From Paramecium tetraurelia (lineage: Eukaryota), in the NCBI GenBank assembly GCA_000165425.1, contig CT868463.1, forward strand, positions 62,001 to 126,000: a DNA stretch of 64,000 bases, written 5' to 3'. The notes beneath the pieces were generated by a model. It saw only the letters and a list, made by a program, of their open reading frames with translations. It had not been told where the DNA came from and did no database searches. Made by a program: the position numbers and the translations under genes. This document shows positions 1 to 14,320 of the stretch, one piece after another (position 1 is the first letter of the stretch; each line of letters begins with the position of its first letter).

Positions 1-1976
1 TTATTTAATCTTTAAATCTCCTAATCCTACTCCTAATTAATTAGAGTTAATTATTCAATCTGAGATTCATAATCCTATAAATTCTCCTTTGTTATATTGT
101 AGGTCTCTTATCCATCCTGAGTAACACAATCTTTAATTTTATTTTACCTAATCGATTAAATCTATTGAGCATTAGGCAAGTTGCCTCCCATTTGATTGAC
201 ATAATCTTCTAATTATTAGACTCGTTATATTTTCTAATCTAGCATGCTTTCTGTTTCCCTATGGATTCTATCGTAAGCATCAAGTTCATCTTATAGTTAA
301 ACAATGGTCTCATCTCTTTCATTCAACCTGGTTGTCAAAGCAATCATAATATCTCTTTATTTTAGAGTTAATTGTTTGTATCTATCAACTTGAACCTTGT
401 CTTCTTCTAATTAGGATCTTTCCTTTTCTAATTCTGTTATCTTCTTTTCATATTAGGCTCTAATTAACTTTTGTTATTCTTCGATGGCATTTCTAAATTA
501 TGGACTATTCTCAATATTGCATCCACCAATTAACATTTAACTATTGATTTATCGAATCTTTTCTTCTAACTTCTTCTTCTCCTCTCTTTCAATGAAAAAC
601 TGTTTGCTCCTTGCTTCAAGTGCAGCCATAGCAGCATTCTTATCTTACTCTGCTCTCTTCTTATCCTCCTCTAATTGACTTAATTTTGTAGAATCTATAA
701 TAGTTTTATTCTTTTCTTAAAGCTCTTTTCTTAGCCTTTGTAACTCGCATTCATATTTCCTTAAGAGTGCCTTTTGATCCACATCCTCATTGATAGTGGC
801 TTTATTTTTAATATTTTTAGCTCTATTGGCAAACTTGACTGAACTCAAAGTTTCAAGAAAAGCATCAATAGCTGGTGATATCATTCCCATCATAGTTGTT
901 TTGCAATTACCACCCAAAGAATCTTCCAAAAGACGTGTAATTTTGGAATCTCTATAAGGAATGTGAGTTTTTTATTCGATCAAAGCAGAGATAACATTAC
1001 CTAAGCAACTTAATGACTAATTGATTTTCTTGGATTCTTCTAATCTCCTGCCTGTAGCACCAGTGACTCTAACTCTTTCACTTCCAGCCAAATCTACTAA
1101 GTTTAGTTTTCCAACTTTAATGGATTTGTGATTGTCAATTTCTGTCATTTATTCCACTATTATGATAAAAACTGCATGGGATCGACTACTTACATCATTC
1201 ATCTTTGTACTTGCAGTGGCTCTAGATTAGGCTCCTTTTTGGATTAAGGAATAGATTTCTGAAGGATTTCGAACAGCCCATTCGGAGAGACCTTCAACAA
1301 AGACTCCTCTCTTTTTATCTTCTCGGATAAGCAAATTTTATCTATCACTCCTAAGTAAATCGCTTATGACTTCATTGTATATTTAGAGATAACTCACTCT
1401 GACCATGAATGTGGTAGATTCATTGGATCCATTTGAAATGTGCTTAAAGATTTCCTCGATTGCTCTTGGAATTATACCTCTTTAGGGATCTACACAATTG
1501 TATTTGAAGCCCTCCATTGTAAATGTCTTGCCTGTGCCAGTCTACCCATATGCCATGATGGTGGCGTTAAAACCTTGAAGTGCAGAAAGCACTGCATGTC
1601 TTGCTGTATTATCGTATACTTCCTCTTGTGTGTTATCTTGATCGTAAACGTAATCAAATGAGAAGGTGTGCATTGTATAACTATTTGGGTTGTTGAGGTA
1701 TTCCTCAAGATGTTCGGGATCCACCAAGTCGATGTTATAATATTCGTAGAGGCAGATTTTTTTATGATCAGGGGACACTTGAATGGTGGAAATGAAACGT
1801 CCATCTATCACTTCTCTCTATAGAGGAGGTCTTACACGAACCACAACTTTAAAATTGTCATTTGAAGTTAATTGCTTTGCTGAATATGATGACATTGGAC
1901 TTGAATCATAAAAGTTGGTTTGAGAAGTCGTTTAACTTAATGATGAGGTGGACATCTTTGGAAAAGAGGTATTCAT
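1..1976 (-). CDS. Kinesin motor protein with C-terminal coiled coil; 3' end runs off the window
   Basis: Ciliate-code translation: [11 protein letters not shown]-loop AYGQTGTGKT, switch [10 protein letters not shown], switch [31 protein letters not shown]. Confidence 0.95.
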
Positions 1977-2021
1977 GATCGTTAAAATTTAAAATATATT
2001 AATTAATAAAAATACATAAAA

Positions 2022-2604
2022 ATGAATTTCTTTCATCCACTTTTGCAAACCCTTCAGTGTAAGAATCGCTATTCTATTTGTTTAGTCATGCGTTTCAATC
2101 TTAGTGCAGACAGACAATAAACCACTCTGAATCTCCTTAATCCACCTATCAAAGTCGAGGAGAATGACTAGCACCTCCCTCCCATCTATCAAATGACGTA
2201 ATAGGAACTACTATAACGACAGATGGTCGACTCGGCAACTCATGGGCTATAAATGTCGACTCTTCCCAAAGACTTGGACCCACCAAAAACAATCAATAAG
2301 AAAATGTATGTTGTTTAAATATCCCTCAGAAGCAAAAAAGCCAATACTTGTGGCCATCCAGACAAGGAACATTATGCCAAGGGAATGTGCAACAATTGCT
2401 ATCATCGATTGGGCAGAAACAAACAACCTTGGCTATGCTCACACAAAAAACTATATGCATGTAAATTGTCATCTCTATCTTCAAGGTGGACTCTGTTAGA
2501 ATTGCTACATCAACCAATATAATAAAAAAAGAAGAGTCGAAAATCAAGATCAATTAGAGTCAGAACTTAACAACTAGTCTGGCATACCCAAAACAGACAA
2601 TTGA
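2022..2604 (+). CDS. Small protein with tandem Cys/His zinc-finger-like motifs
   Basis: With short introns (2059-2085, 2461-2485) reads CGHPDKEHYAKGMCNNCYH...WLCSHKKLYACGLCQNCY; ends in TGA. Confidence 0.8.
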
Positions 2605-3041
2605 TTCTTCATTTTTATATAATTTGTAATTTTTTTCATATCTTTTTCATTTCATTTCCTCTTCTTAATCAATAAATAATATTCTTATATTAATTAAAGA
2701 ATATTATTATTAAGACTTATAAAAATATCAATAATTATAGACTTTCCTGAATTTATTAATTATTACTCCTCTTCTTATTCTGTTGATTTACATAAATTAG
2801 CACTCATTTTTTTAGAAACAAAAATGTTCCTAAAATCTTTATTATTTACTTGAACATTGTTTCTAAATGTTAAATTATATTTTTTCATTAAAATTATCAT
2901 TCTCTTTATTTACGATTGATTACCATTTTAGATTACAAGGGATGTAGACTTAATATATTGATATATTGTGTGATAAGAGTTGAAATAAACTTTTATTGTT
3001 TTAACGAATATAAATATTTAAAATAAAAAGATCAAAACTTT

Positions 3042-4083
3042 ATGTCGAACAAAAAGAGCATTAAATAAAAGGAAAACATTTCCATTGATAGTAGATTGAA
3101 CATTTTGGAATGTAGTATCCTTAATTAATTTAAGCCAATCTAAATCGAGTTTGCATGCAACAAGATGCTTTGATGCCCATCGTCAATGAGATTCCTCATG
3201 TTTAAAAGTTGGAATAATAAATTAAAACACTCCTAAAAAAACAAGAAGAATTAGAAAGGATCAGGGATAAGTCAAGAGAAACTTCAACCAACACCAGTTT
3301 CAGTGATTTCAAAACTAATAACCAAAATAAGCCATTCGAAAAACAGTTGAATGATTTAACATTGAAAATGAACTACCTGGACAACCAATTGCAGGAATTG
3401 CAGAAAAAGAGTCAAGGGAGAGTCGAATAGCAATTCAAAATGTTCTCGGACACCCAAGACATTTAGAGATTAGAATAATTTATTACTGAAGAATTAAATA
3501 ATTTTAGAAGTGAGGTTCAATTGGAATACAAAAATATATACAAAGTAATTTTATCAATTAAGTTCAGGAACTAAATGGTTTGAGATGTGATCTAGAATAT
3601 ATCATGAACAATACCAAGAAGAATAAGGTCACTCAAAAGATCTAGTCCATGAATGTCAGTCCAGATGATAAACTCTTCGTCATTAATCTATTGGAATAGG
3701 AGACCATCATTGAGGAATTGGATCATTACGAGAATGAGAATACTTTCAGACTATTATATGAATTGGATTATTTCGAGTAGTAAAGGGAATCCATATCGAA
3801 TTTGGAACCACAATAAACTCAAAGAGAAAGCCTCTATTTGGAAGAAAAATTAATCTCTCTAAAGTATTAATTGGCTGCTTCCAAAAGAAAGTATTTGTTT
3901 GAGATTAAGAAAATTGAGCATAAGTTTTAAGTCATTAACGAAATTATTGAATAGAATTAGAAATATCTCAACTATTAATAACAAATTAACATTTTAACTT
4001 AGAGAATGAGTAAGATAGTAACAAGAGTCCATTAAAATATAGAATGTATATTCTAAAAGATTAGTTCCTTAGATAAGAGATGA
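3042..4083 (+). CDS. Hypothetical coiled-coil protein
   Basis: Open frame with two ~23-nt introns; E/K/Q/L-rich heptads; TGA at 4081. Confidence 0.75.
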
Positions 4084-4374
4084 TAATAGTTAATATATAA
4101 TAGAATATCAAATTTCCAAGTTCATTTATTAAATTCAATTTTAGCCATTAATTTCTTAACTAAGTTTTAGTGATCATTATTAATTTTTGATTCAAATATA
4201 TGTTGGATTTTTCAGATTAATCATATACTCTAATTAAGGATTAAATCTATTTTTTATATTCATCATATATATATATATGAATATTATTAAAAAAAGACTT
4301 AACAAATGTTTTCAGAGGAGCTTTCATTATGCACTCCTAATAATTCATAATAATTCATTTAATATTAAATCATT

Positions 4375-7193
4375 TCAGGAATCATTATCATTATCATCAT
4401 TATCCTTGTTCTCTTCTTATTGAACTGGTACTTCTTCCTTAGGAGGTTCTGGCTTTCTTACAATCGTCATATCACCTACATTCCTTAACTAATAAATTAA
4501 ATTGATATTTAAATTACTCTAATTAATTATTTCTCTCTGAGGAATGAATTGCCTCTAGCTTTCAACTCAAATCCCCAAGTGCAACTGTTAACCAACCTTT
4601 AAGCAACATTAGTAAGATGGTTTATCAATTACGATTCCACAGTTTCAAAGGAATCACTCATATCCAATATTACTGGTTCGATAATCGTGGAGTTGAATTA
4701 GGATTTAGTGTAATCAGAAGGTTCTTCAAGTGGTCTCGATGATGGTAGAGCAGAATCAGTAGCATTAGGCTCTGTAGGCATTTTTTTTGATTACGGTATT
4801 TTTGATTTGGTGATTACTAAAAATTATATTAAAATGATTACTCATTTATAATTCTTGATTGGTTAATATGGCATCTTTTTCTTTCTCCTTGTCCTAAATG
4901 GTTTAAATAATATCTCTATCTCTTTCAAGAGTGAACTCGTGCATCTCAATAAGAAATTGTGAAAGCTTCTCATAAAAGGGTTCAATTTCCTAAGTAAGCA
5001 TACCTTTAGTGGCAGCTTAAGTATTTTCAATGTACCATCCACCAAATTATTTAAAACGCTTCATCAATGTGAAGCAACTCATGAACACAGTTTAAGGAGA
5101 TTCAGCCAATTCTGGATCATCAATTTATTTAACAAGTTCTTCTAGCTTAAATGCCTTATTTACATTGGTTTGAGCAAATGGAATACAATATTGTGCATCA
5201 TACAAACCAAATCTAGCATTTTGCACCCATTCTAAAGCCTTAATATTATTTTATAAATTAGGCAATAGCAATCCAAAAACTATTGCAATTATATCAGAAT
5301 CTATTTCTTGTAATCTTAATATCAAAGCCTCATCATCAGTTTATTTGATTGGTAATCTAAATTGTTTCCATTTAAATACTTTTCCATAATTTTTGGATTC
5401 CTGATTAACAATTTCATATGTTCCATCCTTTCTTAGAACATATGCTACTATCTATAATCGTTTATCGCTTGTTAAGTAATACTAATCATGTGCCATTGAA
5501 AAAGCGAATCTAGTAAAATTGTTAATGGATGTTCCAAAGTATCCCTCTTACAAATCAGGATATTCAGTTCTTTTTTAATTTGCAAAGTCCTCCTCGTTTA
5601 TTTCATTACTCTCTGCCTTCTACTCTAATTCAGCAACTCTCTAATCATAAGTCTTTTTCCATTCTTCAAATGACCCATCTAAGTATTTAGGCAAAGTCAT
5701 AGCGATTACACTCTAAAGAGGAACTAAATCCTGATAAAAGACACGGATGGCTCTTTGATTTGAGTAATTAATCATTCTTAAAGCCTATCTATTCTTCTTC
5801 TTTTGTATTTATTGATCGTACGGTTTTCTCACTTTGGGAATTTGTTCAAAATTAGAAACATTAAATGCAGTTTTCATAGTATTATTAAGATCAACAAGTT
5901 TGATTACTTCCTCTTGAGTTTTCCCAACTAAATAATCCATGAATTTGGTTTGCAATTGATTCATAAATTCATTTGGATAAAACCCACTTGTAATTACCTA
6001 TTACATTATCTATCCTTATAATGGTTTTAAGTATGCTTAGGCAATAGCATGAGCTTATGCTTTAAAAATGACTTTTTGTATTCTTTCTTATTTCTGAGAG
6101 TATCTTTTCAACACTTCAGACTTCTGGTCAATCAATTATTTCTCTCTCTCCACTGTCACCTACTATTTATTTTTCTCATTAACTCTTCTATTCTCAAAGG
6201 CCTCTTTAAATCTAGCCATAGCCATAAACTCTTCTTCCTATTCTATTTCTAAACTTGCTTATTCTAAAGTCTTTGTGCATATCACATTCAAAATAGGAGT
6301 TACTTCTCTATCAAAATCAAATAGCTCATAATCTTCTACTTAAGTTGCAGCATCAATTCCTGTTTTTTTTGGAATGAAGGGAGGGTCTTCAGGTTTCTTT
6401 TGCAATTTATCAGTTTAAGTGGATAAAGTACTCTTTTATTACTCACACTGAGCTAGAGTGTCTGTTAGGAAGAATTCTAAATTCACCTATATTCTTGGAT
6501 TGGCTGTTGCTTTGATATCATATGTGTCTAGAATGAATTATATTTGAATACCTTCTTTTTTTAGTTTCCTCTTGAAATTATTCAATTAAGCTGACATATT
6601 TTCTACTTTTATACGCTCCTTCTCTAAACGTATATATTCTTACTCCTATTCCATTGGAGTGCGTTGCTTAATTTTCTATGATTTTAATACATACATACGT
6701 GATCCTTCATTAAATTTTGAAAAGTCTGCATTGGTTTTGATATTTGATTTTACTCGTTTATTCTATACTTTCCTCTGCTTGGCACTACTCTTGGTTCAGC
6801 TGAAAAGTTCTATTGTGTTGGTTATATCTGCTAACTTAACAAATTAATTAATTGAGACAATCCATCCCCATTTTAAGCCGAAATTGGCAAGATTGGCACC
6901 TCTCCAACACCCAAAAAGTTTCTTAATTCTCCTTCCTCAATAGTTTGAATGTCTGCTTTTGTTTGCAAGATAATTAATTATTCCTTGCCATTAATTTACT
7001 CTAATGCTGCTTTGTTATGATGCAACTGTTGCATGTTGCTTCCATCCAAACAGAAGATCATCACATCTGAATTTGGCATATCTTCATTGACTTCCAATGG
7101 CATATTGTTGATTTAGTGCTGGTCATTCAAAACTTTAGCCAATGTGGTTTTTCCACTACCCTCCAGACCTACTAATGAAATTTTATAAGACAT
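4375..7193 (-). CDS. RSP3: Radial spoke protein 3 homolog with N-terminal Arf-like P-loop domain and C-terminal TerD-like region
   Basis: One frame from MSYKISLVGLEGSGKTT through FSAEPRVV and PPFIPKKTGIDAATQVEDYELFDFDREVTPILNVICTKTLEQ (RSP3 signature) to an acidic tail; several short introns. Confidence 0.85.
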
Positions 7194-8363
7194 TAATTAA
7201 TAAATATTTTTCAAAAAAATCATTATTACTCTAATTTCTCTTGTCCTTTCTCCAAAGACTCCTAATCAAAGTTCTAATCGATTCAGGTTTTCTTAATATA
7301 TTCAGTCAATTTAGTATATGATGCATTTTATTAAATTGTTATTCGACACTAAATTTAATTATCATGATTCTAAATATGACTCAAAATTAATTAGGCACTG
7401 TTTCGATAGATGTTGTCGTGAGATTAGTATTCAATGATTTGTAGAAATATTCAGTTTTGGAGATTGATCTCATTCAGCAAAGAAATTCTGAATGAAGAAT
7501 TCAACAACTGTAAATTCCTTCTTTTATAATATTTTTGAATTTCCTTCAATTATTCAAAGTATGCCAAGTAACTTTCAATCAAAATAGTATTAAACATATT
7601 ATTTGGCAATATCAACTAAATTTTAAATTAGTTTTTTGTGTATTTTTTATTTTGAAACTCTTATAAAATTTTACATACTATTATATTGTAAAATATTATA
7701 GAGCCTCTGTTTTTTTGATATGTTGTGTATTAGATTAGAACTATTGTTATCATCTATAATTTCTTCTTTTTGTATTATATTTAAATTAGATTTACCATAT
7801 GCCGTTATTAGCCAATATAGGTAAGTATTTCATCAATTTATTATTAATCTTCTTAATCATTATAGTATGATTTGAATCTTGTTTGATTCGTTTGAAAAGT
7901 TTGTTGCAATCTATAATTGATTGTTAAAAAATGTAGTATTTCAATCGCTGAATAATCTAAGCTTAAAAACTGATATACTTTAGTTTCTATCTTTTATTGT
8001 ATTACATTGTAAGAAGCTATTCTTACAATAAAATATAATCATTCAAATTTCTTAATTTAATTTAATACAATGTTTATTTTTATTTCTAATTATTATTGTT
8101 ATTAGCTTTTGAAAATTAGTAATCCTGAAGTGTAATAGAATAAAATTATTCAATAATTTGAAGACTATTGAGAAAGATAATCTAATAATCCTATTCATTA
8201 TGCTTTCATTATAAATAATTGTAAAAATATTCAGTCAAGCCTTGCAGAGTATTAAGTAAACTCAGTGATGTTTGTTGGTAGGAATGATTCTACTTAGTAT
8301 TTGATTTTTCATTTAAATGGCTCTTTATAGCAATCATTTATTAAATATTAAAATAAAATAACT

Positions 8364-8693
8364 ATGAATTAGCTAATGAATTAAGATAATCAAAGGCAAA
8401 TTAACAATGATCAACCAAATACTTATACTGTCAATATTAGCGTAAATACACCTTAATCAACTTTCACTATATCAGTAGCTATCGACCCAAACATTCATTT
8501 TAATTAATTTATAGAAGGAATCAAAGAATAAATATTTGCTCAAAAAATGTAAGCACAATATGAAGATACTATTGAATATCAAATGGGGAATGGATCACTT
8601 CTTTTGTCAAACGAAACGAGAACCTTATAGAACTTGGGGTTTACTAATAATTGCTTATTACATGTTAGACTTAAGCTCAAAGGAGGAAGATGA
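8364..8693 (+). CDS. Divergent ubiquitin-like protein, 109 aa, ending LHVRLKLKGGR
   Basis: Intronless ORF; ubiquitin-like C-terminal pattern RTLQNLGFTNNCLLHVRLKLKGG. Confidence 0.8.
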
Positions 8694-9398
8694 ATAGCAT
8701 AAATAATTATAATAATGTATTTCTATTAACTCATCTTATTTTAAATTGTTACTCAAAATATATTAATCACTAGCTGAAAACATATAAAACAGTCTCATTT
8801 AAAGAGTTATACTACTAAAAGGGTGTGTTACGATTGATAGAATATAAAATTTCAATCCAATTTTCCCTTAGGTTCATTTATCATTTTCCATCAATGAGAT
8901 AAGATTTCTTATTTTATACAGAATAAATAGAGATAACAAATAAAATGGTAAAATTTGGACATTAAATAGATAGTTGAAAAGAAAAACAATAAATCTCATC
9001 TATATTTATTTCAAATTTCTTCTCTTAAAATATTTTAGTTTTTAATACATTATATATTTTACTAAAAACTTGTTTATGGTATGATTGAATTACTAATTCA
9101 TGAATATAAGGATTATCTTTCTATATTTTCTTTTCCTAATATTAATGGAGAGTTTAAGCAAAATCCCCAAATTTTTACATATATTCCATGAAAATGGAAC
9201 ATTCAATCAAGTCATACACTTCCTAAAGGCTTAATGAATTAAAATAATATTCTATTATAAAATAAATATGGCAGCAACTTTTTCACAATTGACTATAAAT
9301 ACAACCAAAATATTATTAATACAATTATGGTAGCGTAGTAATAAATTAATGATATGTATTATTTTGTTAAATAAGTTATTAAAATTATTGTTTTGATT

Positions 9399-9947
9399 AT
9401 GGGTGGAGCATTCGGGAAAAGGAAAGTGCAAGTATTAGTAGTTGGTTTAGATAATTCAGGAAAGACAAGTATCATTAATGCTCTGAAAAATGAAAAAAAT
9501 GCAACTGTTGCACCCACAGTGGGTTTCAATAAGGATTCTGTAGAGAAATTTAATCTGAATTTTTAATTCTCTGATATGAGTGGACAAAATTAGTATAGAG
9601 GGATGTGGGAATAGTATGCAACAAAAGTATAGTATTGATATAAATAGATTGATGGTTTAATATTTGTGATTGATTCATCTGACAAAATCAGATTTGGTAT
9701 AGCTCTTGATGAATTTAAATTATTATTGGAGACTCCCGGCTTCGATAAAGACCTACCAATACTGGTGTATGCCAATAAATAGGATTCGCCAGAAGCATAA
9801 TCCCCATAATTTTTTATTGATTATTTGGAATTGAAATCGTATAAAAATCCATCTCAATGTTTTGGAGGAAGTGCTAAAACTGGGGTAGGTTTAGATTAAG
9901 GTCTCTAATGGTTAAGTGCGAAGATTCAGCAAGTGAAACCTAAATGA
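9399..9947 (+). CDS. ARL6: ARL6/BBS3-like small GTPase
   Basis: MG N-terminus, [18 protein letters not shown] (ARL6-type G3), ANKQD, SAKTG; 21-nt intron 9627-9647. Confidence 0.88.
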
Positions 9948-10092
9948 AATGCTTGTTATTGAAATTTCGGATTAATATATTTACAATACTAATTATCTTC
10001 TCTGTTCTATTGATAACTGAAGCTATTAATGGTTCATTATTATAAACGACAATGCAATAAATTAAAAGTTGTCGTTATAAATTTAAATAAAA

Positions 10093-13000
10093 ATGATAGA
10101 CAGTGAAACATTTTTTGCAAAATATTTGCTATCCCCGCGAATCTAACAAACCGAATCAGATTAAAGACTCACAGCTCTTAATGCTGTTTAAACTAGATTT
10201 TCTCCAGATAGAAAGATAAAATCCTCTTTTCTGTAGGATGAAATTTCATTTGCACCTAAAAATTCATAATTACTCAGTCAAACTATTAGATCGCTGCTTA
10301 AAAACAGCTGGGACTTAGTTGAAGCTATTAAAGAAAAAAACTTAATCGATCCCCATTTGCAATACCATTTAAGGAAATTCAAAAATGATCATGAAAGTGT
10401 AAGTGATCTTATTAACAGGAAGACTTTTGATAATATGGAACATCTCAATATATATAAGGATTAGATTAATTAATTATAAACTGAGATTGTTAACTTAAAT
10501 GAAAAATGTAAACATAGAAAAGTATGTTTATAAAAGCTGAATGACATTTTAAATCGAAAAGAAGAAGAACTTTTACATTTGACTCACTCCTTAAATGATT
10601 TTTAATTAGAAAATTAGGCATTATAAAACTAATAGGAAGAATTAAATTGTTAAAATATTCAATTGATTGAAGAATTGTAAAATGTTATAAGTACCTCATA
10701 ATAAACCATAAGCCAACTTAATTTAAAAATAAGAGAAGGAGAAAATAAATTTATATAATTAAAATCTGGCAAAGAACAAGAAAATCATACATAGCTAAAT
10801 TAAACTAGTAAATAAGTTGAAGAAATTGATTCAATTAGGTTAAAACTGAAAAAACAGGAGTCTTAAATAGGGTTGTTAACAGAACAAAATTAAGAAAAAC
10901 ATTTTGAAATCGAATCTCTTAATTAATCAGTATTGTAATGTAAAGAATAAATCAAATAAAATGAATTTGAAATAAGAAGATTCAAAGATTTATGTGCATC
11001 TTAAGAAGACAAACTAAATTAACAGTGTAATCAAGAAACCTCGACTTTGTTACTATTTACATAAAGAGAAAACGAACTTACTTAAGAGTTTAATAATATA
11101 TAAAAAGAACTTTAGCAATAAATAGCATAGTATCAAAAAGATCAAGTTGAACTAAAAGGAAAAATTACTTCACTTATTTAGAAGGAACTTCATTTAAATT
11201 AATAAATCAAACAACTTGAGGATAGTTAAGATATTCAAGAAAAAGTAAGTAATATATAAAAATAAGAAAAGGAATTGGAAAGTCTCAAATCACTATCTTA
11301 AAAATAAAACTCTTAATTGGAGATCTATTAAGAATAAAATTACCAACTAAAGTAAGATAAAGAACTTTTGAGTACTGAATTAATAACTTTAAAAGATTAG
11401 ATAAGACTTTATGAAGCAGAGATCAAAAGACTAACTGATTTACAAGTATCTTAAGAGGATTAATTAAAAGCCTATTCCAACTAGACAAGTTTTAGATCAA
11501 ATGAATAAGAATAATAATAAAATTCAAAATAAATAGAGTAGAAATCTATATAATAAAAAGATTATTAGGATTTATAGGCTAAGCTATCCTAAATTATGCA
11601 AAAAGAAATTTTATCACATCAGAAGATTAAGATTCTTGAGGATTAAGTAAGTGAACTAGAAGAATTAAATAAGAATTTGCTTGAAACAAATTCAAAATAG
11701 AAAAAATAATTGAGTAATTTAAATTAATAGTGCTAATAACATGATATTTAGTTCGAATTATAATTCAAGGAAAGATAAACTTTAGAAGAACTTATAGCAT
11801 AAAATAAGTAAAAACTAATATTTCTCGAAGAAAAACTAAATTAATCTATTTTTACCATCTAATAATATGAGCAATAAATTTAGAATTAACAATTACAATT
11901 ATCTATTCTGAATCAAACTCAATAAGAGTTGTAATTCTATTAATAATAGTTCCAAGCTTTAAGCACGAATTTTGATGAATCAAAGTTATAAATAGAGAGA
12001 GTATTGAAATAAAAAGAAGATCTTGTTGTTTAACTTGAAAATACAATAAATACAAACAGTTAATTATAAACATCAAATAAAACTCTTGAATAAAAATACA
12101 AATTGATTGAAAATAATCATTCTAGCTTAACATAAGAGAACAAAAGACTTTAAAATTGGTTGAATGATTCTATTATTATCAGTAAATAAAAAGAACTTGA
12201 AAACTAAGAATTGCAAAAATTAAATGAAACATGTCATAAATAAATAACCTAATTATAACATTAATATACATAATTAGAATAATCATATCATTAAATAGAA
12301 TCAGATAAACAAGCAATTAATTTACAATAAAATGAAAATTCTAATATATTAGAATAATCAATCTTAGAAAATGAAAGCAAATTGACAAAGTTATAGAAAT
12401 ACAACTAAGATTTAAAAGAAGAAATTAATTAATTAAAAACAAATTAAAATGAAAAGGAGCACTTATATGCTTAAACTGTTAAATAATTTTATCAAAAAAA
12501 TTAAGGTATAATTTATAATTTATACTTTAGAACAAAATACAAAAATAAGTGAAGTTAATAAATAAGTAAAGGAGAAAAATGAAAAAATTTATATGAATGA
12601 ATCTTGCTAATGGACGATGCTTAATTAATAACTCTATTTTTTAAATTTGAATGGTCAATATATTTTAATAATTTATATAAAACATTACAAATTTGTGAAA
12701 TCGGATTAATTAAATTTATCTATTCCTTTTNNNNNNNNNNNNNNNNNNNNNNNNNNNNNNNNNNNNNNNNNNNNNNNNNNNNNNNNNNNNNNNNNNNNNN
12801 NNNNNNNNNNNNNNNNNNNNNNNNNNNNNNNNNNNNNNNNNNNNNNNNNNNNNNNNNNNNNNNNNNNNNNNNNNNNNNNNGCAAATGGACGATGCTTAAA
12901 TAAAATTTCAATTATTTTAAAATGAAAGGTACATTTTAATCAAAATCTAGATGAAACATATAGAAGATTGTTAAACAGGATAATAAAATCGATCGATCCA

Positions 13001-13171
13001 TTTTATGAAACAAAAAAGTATAATGATGTTGATGATCTTCTAGAAACAGCTGTTCAAAAAGTATAATCATTAGTTAAATAAAAAAAAAAAAATAAAGAAA
13101 ATGATGAATTCTCTTTGAATAGTTAAAAAGAACCATTTAATTTGGAATTATCTCAAATAGTTTAAAATTGA
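10093..13171 (+). CDS. Long Q/E/K-rich coiled-coil protein, interrupted by an assembly gap; 3' structure uncertain
   Basis: About 800 codons open to ~12500, then an intron and low-quality sequence; a coding-like frame resumes after the gap and ends at TGA 13169. Confidence 0.65.
12731..12880. other. Assembly gap (N run)
   Basis: 150 N. Confidence 1.
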
Positions 13172-14320
13172 TTATAATATTCAAATCATCTGAATAGAAT
13201 TAATTTTGATATTCTATTAAAAATATTAAAAAAGAAAAATCTTTATCTATTTTTAAATTAAATCTTTTATTTTATAAAACATTAACAAACTTTGAACCAA
13301 AAATTACTTAAATTTATCAATAATAACACCTAATTTGATACTTATTGTAACTTTCTATAAATTTTATCTAAAATCATGACAAACAAATCTCTTAAGAAAC
13401 GATAAGCTCAAATCATCAGAAACAATAATTTTAATTTGAAATTAATTTTTATCAGCTTGGTGACATAATAAACCTCTTGAAAGTTATTCTTTTAGATATA
13501 AACTTCATTTTATGTCAGAAATAGAAAATTAATTAAATAAAAATCTGAATATAATTATGACATCTAAAAAATAGAGTGCCCACTATTTTTCTAAATTAAA
13601 TTTAGATCATTATTAACTTACAATATCTCTAAGATCACAAATCATTTAAATTATGTTAGAGTAAGTATTTTATCAAAAGATCCAAAATAATAAATAGTTA
13701 ATATGTTTTATAAAATAATTTCAATATCACAAAAACAATCAAAAATTTTAGAATAATTTTAACACTTCAAGATGTCGGGTTAAATGAAATATAATTAATT
13801 TGCATTTATATTTAATTTATTTATATTGAAACCATCTATTGTAATTTGAAAACTATTCAGATTTAAATTATCTTGCAATACGATAATTTAGATTTTAATT
13901 ATACTTCTAAATTAAAATAATTGCCTGAAGAATAAAAATTTAACAAGTATTTTTGATTAAGAAACTCTTTTATTTAAAAAATATAATTCGAAAATAAATT
14001 TATAATTTTTATTCCATATATATATTGAATAAAGATTCCCCTTATCAAAATAAATTATTCTCATTAATTTCCTTATATATATGATCACTATATATTTTTC
14101 ATTTTATTTAAAGTTTAATATTATCTCCTAAATGAGAAACTAAAGTTATTTATAGCACAAAATCAATCAGTCTCGAAAACGATATTAAGATAATAGCATT
14201 TTCTTTTGAGATAGAAGAAGCCATTTCAAAGCCCTTAATTCATTTGCGAATACAATTAAATAAATAAGAATTAAATTTTCTATTAATATCTATATATAAT
14301 TTATTTTTTATTTAATAATA

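Noticed and set aside
7364..7495. Short + ORF (GTVSIDVVVRLV...LEID) faintly like the UBL N-terminus
   Set aside because: Stops early, lacks the DPxIxF and LGF motifs, and the similarity is within chance
12607..12940. Apparent direct repeat (GCTAATGGACGATGCTTAA / GCAAATGGACGATGCTTAA) flanking the N gap
   Set aside because: The left copy degrades toward the contig end; this looks like overlapping low-quality contig ends, not a duplication
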